A DNA stretch of 64,000 nucleotides from Eledone cirrhosa (taxonomy: Eukaryota). Position numbers and translations under genes: made by a program. Each line of letters starts with the position of its first letter. The first letter of the stretch is position 1. This document shows, in pieces, positions 58,090 to 64,000 of this stretch. Under the pieces are notes generated by a model. The model worked only from the letters and a program-made list of their open reading frames with translations. It was not told the origin of the DNA and did not search any database. Location of the stretch: positions 43,524,001 through 43,588,000 of the forward strand of contig OZ024746.1 of the NCBI GenBank assembly GCA_964016885.1, given 5' to 3'.

Positions 58090-58445
58090 CAAAATACACC
58101 CCGTCCCGCCACCACCCCCACCCCATCCACACCACCCCGTTCTATGTAAAGTTATGTTGGTGCCGCGCCATCCAGGCCGAAACAAATGAGATCGTGTAGG
58201 TGTCACGACAAAAAAACACACAGTCCACGCTGTAATGTGGCCGTGTAGGCAACACGGTAAAAACCTCCCAGACCCACACTGTAAATGTGGTTGGTGTTAG
58301 GAAGGGCATCCAACTGTAGAAAACCTGCCAGACAGTCCTATGCGAGCAAGACAATCACTCTTGCCTCAAGTGGGACTACCCCCGTCCAAACCCATGCAAG
58401 CGTGGAACACGGACGTTAAACGTTGATGATGATGATGATGATGAT
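56182..58445 (+). mobile_element. 5'-truncated RTE-clade LINE
   Basis: Uninterrupted RT ORF, 3' UTR and (GAT)n tail; flanked by (TA)n. Confidence 0.93.
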
Positions 58446-58516
58446 ATGTATATATATATTTATATATATATATATATTTATACATATTTATATATATATA
58501 TATATTTATATATATT

Positions 58517-58555
<39 letters not shown>

Positions 58556-58791
58556 ATACATATATATATTTATATATATATATATTTATATATATATATA
58601 TTTATATATATATATATTTATATATATATATATATATATTTATTTAATTTATATATATATATTTATATATATATATATATATATATATTTATTTATTTTA
58701 TATATATATATATATATATATTTATTTATTTTATATATATATATATATATGTATATATATTTATTTATTTTATATATATATATATATATAT

Positions 58792-59537
58792 AAACGGAAA
58801 AAATGAAACGAAATTTCATTTCTCACTCTTAGTACGGCTGTTACTTAAATATAATATGTACACGTACATATATATGTGTATACAGACGTACAGTAGTATG
58901 TATATATATATACATACATGCACAAATATATATATGTACGTATGGATTCACCGAACATTTATTATAATGCTCGGTGTGTTTATAAACAAACTTCCCGTAT
59001 TAAGCCGTACTGTCCAGCAACCATCGTTGCTCGTTTGTTCAACACTGACAAAGGAACGTTGTACTAGTTTCAAGCTTATTAGCTATCGTCAGCAACGTAT
59101 ACCTTCCTGCCAGATTGTTGAACATATATACTTACCTTATGCATATTAACGGCTGAGTAGCCCAATTTGCATATCGAGTGGGTTAATCGGCCGGGTGCAC
59201 CGAAAACGATAAACGGAAAAAATGACGTCTGTATACATATATGTATGTCCGTGTACATACTTATATTTAAGTAACAGCTGTACTAAGAGTGGGAAATGAA
59301 ATTTCGTTTCATTTTTTCCGTGTATCGTTTTCGGTGCACCCGGCTGATTAACCCACTCGATATGCAAATTAGGCTACTCAGCCGTTAACTTGCATAAGGT
59401 ATGTATATACGTTCAACAATCTGGCAGGAAGGTATACGTTGCTGACGATAGCTAATAAGCTTGAAACTATGTACAGCGTTCCTTTGTCAGTGTTGAACAA
59501 ACGAGCAATGATGGTTGCTGGACAGAACGGCTTAATA
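58792..59537. mobile_element. Family A ~420-bp HHR repeat, head-to-head inverted
   Basis: HHRs at 59057-59097 (-) and 59437-59478 (+); unit start recurs at 58792 and 59211. Confidence 0.85.
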
Positions 59538-60105
59538 GGAGGGAGCAGAGGTTAAGAGTTTAAATAAAGTCCTCGAATTTGGGGCATAATTTAGCCAGCA
59601 TAACAAAATATATTTAAAATATATAACTAGAAGTTTTGTTTTGAAAATAGCGAGAAGGTTAATGTTTAAATAAGATCCCCGTATTTTGGGCATAATTTAA
59701 CAAGCATAAAACAATAATACAAGATTTGTTTTGAAAAATACGCTAGGAGTATCGAGTAGAAAAGCAAAGAAAAGCAAATGATTGGACTAAGGAATTAAAA
59801 TGGTGACAGGAGTGAAGAAATATTTGTACGTTACATTACACCATGAAAGCAGCCATCTGGAATAGGAATTGGCAGATTTTGAGGTTTCGTACTTGCAGAA
59901 TTTATTTTATATATGGATAGAGGGAGGGGGGGGGGATTGGAGGCAACCAGCATGATATAGGGGTGAAGATAGGAGGGAGCAGAGGTTAAGAGTTTAAATA
60001 AAGTCCTCGAATTTGGGGCATAATTTAGCCAGCATAACTAAATATATTTAAAATATATAAGTAGAAGTTTTGTTTTGAAAATAGCGAGAAGGTTAATGTT
60101 TAAAT
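59536..60105. repeat. ~135-bp direct repeat with ~433-bp period
   Basis: ataggagggagcagaggttaagag...ggttaatgtttaaat at 59536-59671 and 59969-60105. Confidence 0.85.
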
Positions 60106-61242
60106 GTATATATACATATATAGACATATACATATATATGTATATATATATAACCCTGATAAAAAAAGTGTTGCGAGGAACTTTCAGCTGTGTCGAAGAC
60201 ATGAAAATCTCCCTTTAGTTCGTTTTATGATAAAATTTACTCAGTAAAGTGTGGCATCATATAAGTGAGATACAGGTCATGGATTATTTCAAAGGTAAAT
60301 AGTTCCTGCTTGAGTAGTAACTTAACCTGTAAAACCCCCCTCCAACCCTTGCTAACAAGATAAATGAACATTAAATGATGAAGATGATAGACAAAGTCCT
60401 AGAAGCCCCTATCTGCTGCATTATTGTGGGATTAATTGTCTCTGTCTAAGATGAACATATATAATACTAGTTAGATTCATGAGCAGCTTTGTACTAGATG
60501 TATTTAAAAGTCTCAAATTATATTTTGCCAGTAGCCCACTTTGATAGCTTTTCTTTACTGCCTTTCTTAAACAATCCTTAAGTTTGTAAACTGATTATTT
60601 GCTTGGTTTGTTTCTGGTCAACTTATATATCAACCATTTGTGATGTCAAGAGCTGCTCTATATTTTCTGGCTTTAGTTCAACAGTAACTAATGAGAGGAA
60701 TAGTATATGTGATATCTTATTGTTTTGAGGGTTAACATTTGCTAAATATTACTTTAGGTGGTATATTTGAGGTCAATTCTTCTTGTGTGTTTATTTCACT
60801 AATGCATAAAGCCATACTACTAACAACTCATGGAGACATTCTGCACTTTTAGCAAAGAAATATCTCGTTTCTATGATATATGTTTATATATATTTATGTA
60901 TGTGTGTTGTAAACTCTAATAAAATATACATGCAAAGGTATATACAGAGATGTATATAACTATTAATTTGAAATTACAATCTATTTATGCCATACACAGC
61001 ACTGTTGCAATTGCTAATACAATCACATTAGTAGTGGAAAAACTTGTATGCATACAGCAGTCTTTATAATATAATTTTGCCCTATTCTATTTTATTAGCT
61101 GTGAGAATGTTACGGTGTTACCAACCACTTTTGTTGTTCAGCAATTGAATTTTCATGGAAATAAGCATGAATACTGCAATGTACACACACACACACACAA
61201 ACACACATGCGCACACATACACACACACAAACACACATGCGC

Positions 61243-61292
<50 letters not shown>

Positions 61293-64000
61293 CATATGCA
61301 ATACATTCTCTAATCCTAAAATGCACTACTGGTTTATAACCAAGCATCTTAATACATATATTTCCCAATAGATCTTTCAATAAATATTTATGCAATAGAT
61401 ACAGATTGCTCAACATCTTGAAGAAGATCTAACAATGTAATCTAATATACATATAGATACAAAATTCACTAGCAAGAACAAATATTAATATCAAAATTAA
61501 TTAAAAAAATGTATTCATAATGTAGGTGTTAGACTCCAGGTTCTTAAAATGGTGAAACACTATTTATAAAACATAGTACATATGTTGTGTTGGTTTAGTA
61601 GATTTCATGAGTGTTGATTTGGAGATAAAATCCCCATGTTGCAACAGAAGTGTGTATAAGTACATTTCAACTAGCTCACCACTAATCAAATGGAATATCC
61701 AAAAGCTACACTTAAAAGGCTTGTATACAATTCTTTCCTCTGCTGATGAAATCAAATTAGAAACAGAAACATAGTGCCATATCTGGAGTAAATTGATTTT
61801 TTTTTCTGTAATCATACTTCCTTATGTATTTTGTTTTTATATTTTGGCATTCATATTATATTTCATTATATTGGTTCTACTTCAGTATAAATTTTATAAT
61901 GAAATATCAAAAATTGTATTGAGAAATATATATATAAAGATTTCTGTCTTTAAAACAACAGAGAACTGTCTCTGTACATTCTGTACATAAGCTGTGTGTA
62001 TGGCAGATTCTACACTTGTTTGTAAGATACAATCGTTGAGCAGCAATAGTGGCTTTTATGATAACAGCCTTACTAACTTACAGCTAATGACTAGAACTGC
62101 ATTTATCATATTGCTACAGGTACACGGCTATTCCCTCTACTAATAAGATTGAATAAGATATCATAAAATAACATGGTATATGAGGGTAATTTCATATTTA
62201 TTCTAAATTAATACAGGGTAAATTCATGTTTATTCTAAAATTAATATTTATACGTCTTTAAATATTTAGCATCTATAACCACGCATGTATGTCAGATTAA
62301 ATTATTTTGGCTCTACTCTAGACCATTCTGTATGTATTACATGATAATATATCAAAGGACTTATTGAAAAATATGTGTATTGATCTCCTACACTTTAAAA
62401 CTTGTAACATAAGTTGTATATGCTTTGGTAGATTTCATGTCTATTCCCCAGAATTTTCAAATCTTGAGCAGAGAGAGTAAATGGTATAATAACAGATTTA
62501 CCACCTCACCATTGATAATGTAGAATAGTCTGTGGATACATTAGAAATACTGCTCTATGAAAACAAGTATTTTTTGTGTGATTGAATTAACTATTAAAAC
62601 TCAGGGCAGTATCTTTATACGTAAACTTAAACTTTATACTTATATTTAAATAAAAATATTTATATTATGTCTTTCTGTATATATCATCATACCATTGAAT
62701 ATATATTTGATTATAATATTTTAGCTCTACAATATAACATTGAGCACTATATATCTATTACACAAATATATTGAATAACATGTGTAGAAATACATGTATT
62801 AAGGTCCTAGTTTTAAACTAGTGTAGTACTTAAACCTATTTTAGGCTGTACACATATAGCAGCTTTCAGGTTTACTCTCCAGAAGAATCAGTGATAAATA
62901 GTAATAGTTGGTATATTAACAAAGTTACTTCATCACCATTAATAACATGGCACAACCAAAAGATGTATTTTTAAAAAATCTTATATGAAATTCAATTGGT
63001 AATGAAATATTTTCACACACACACACACTCACACACTCACACACTAACTGTTCACCTGTCACACACATATGACCCCCACTGCAAACCCCATCTACAGCAC
63101 TAACTAACTGAGACACCACCTCCAAAAACACCACTAACCCCTTCCCATTTCCCTGGCCATCAATTTTTGCTCTCTTTCACACACACACCTTGCACTCTAC
63201 CACCACCACACCTTGTCCCTACTATTACATACACAGACACGTACACACATGCACTATCACCACAGTGCCCCACCAACTTACTTCCGTTCTGTGTGTGCCA
63301 CAAACCCCCCTTTCCACTTCTGCCCTATCCAAACCTTCCTTGGCTTTGCTGCAACAAGTTCTTGACCACTGCTGTCCTCTGGATTATACGTGAATACTTC
63401 AACACAAACACACACATACAGAGACATACCCATACATCATGATTATATTACACATATATATTATATATATATATGTGTGGAAAATGGACATTAAATGGTG
63501 ATGATGATGATGATATTACATATATATATATATATACATATAAGCTTCAGATAAAATATGTTTCAGTATTTGTTTCAGCACTCCATATCTTGAGTTCAAG
63601 ACAATCGATTGGCAGAATTATTATCAAACCATCATACAAGCTTCTTGTTGTATCTCATATGGCTCTTTGTGTTTTGAGATCAAATTCATCACCATTCTGT
63701 AATCCGATGAACAGTAATTTCATCAAGTATAATGTAAAAAGAAACTGTTTATGAAAATCACAAAACTAATATGACTTCAGTTCCTAAGCACTTCATGCAT
63801 CAAGACAGTGCATTAGAATATTATTTTTTTTTTTCAGAGTACTGAGGATTCTCTGTGTATCACATAAAGATATACCACAGGATGCAATAAGAAGTATATA
63901 TACAAAATATATATTTATTATTGAATGCTGTTTTTATCAGACATAATTTTACACATTCCTTTATCATGATAATCTCCTTTCATAATATCTTCTGCCTATT

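Noticed and set aside
61564-61815. Host exon or 83-aa ORF
   Set aside because: No recognisable homology or convincing splice pair
63838-63895. Exon after a strong acceptor ttttttcag
   Set aside because: Weak donor (gtatat) and unrecognised peptide

Overview
Eukaryotic, AT-rich, repeat-saturated genomic DNA with no recognisable host protein-coding gene. The SINE and RTE families and the microsatellite load suggest a cephalopod such as Octopus (inference). Most of the window is (TA)n microsatellite carrying retroelement insertions: four Penelope-like element (PLE) families (three Naiad-type, one Penelope-type, all defective or 5'-truncated), a decayed CR1-type LINE, a 5'-truncated RTE LINE with an internal PHD-like finger, tRNA-derived SINEs and small DNA-transposon MITEs. 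The main signal read by eye is that most non-coding islands embedded in (TA)n carry a type I hammerhead ribozyme (HHR) motif: about 28 motifs from about 10 unrelated families, plus half-motifs. Several have a very long or branched helix II, or a recurrent mismatch at the base of helix II. These islands form inverted duplications whose sense 3' ends face outward into the (TA)n flanks. One junction appears to join two different PLE families. There is also an ORF-less 310-bp HHR tandem array (retrozyme-like), a 2.5-kb insertion carrying a BACK-domain-like ORF, and an in-frame UGA at a conserved Cys in a Naiad endonuclease. There is a 200-N assembly gap at 29344-29543. Coordinates were read manually and may be off by a few bases.
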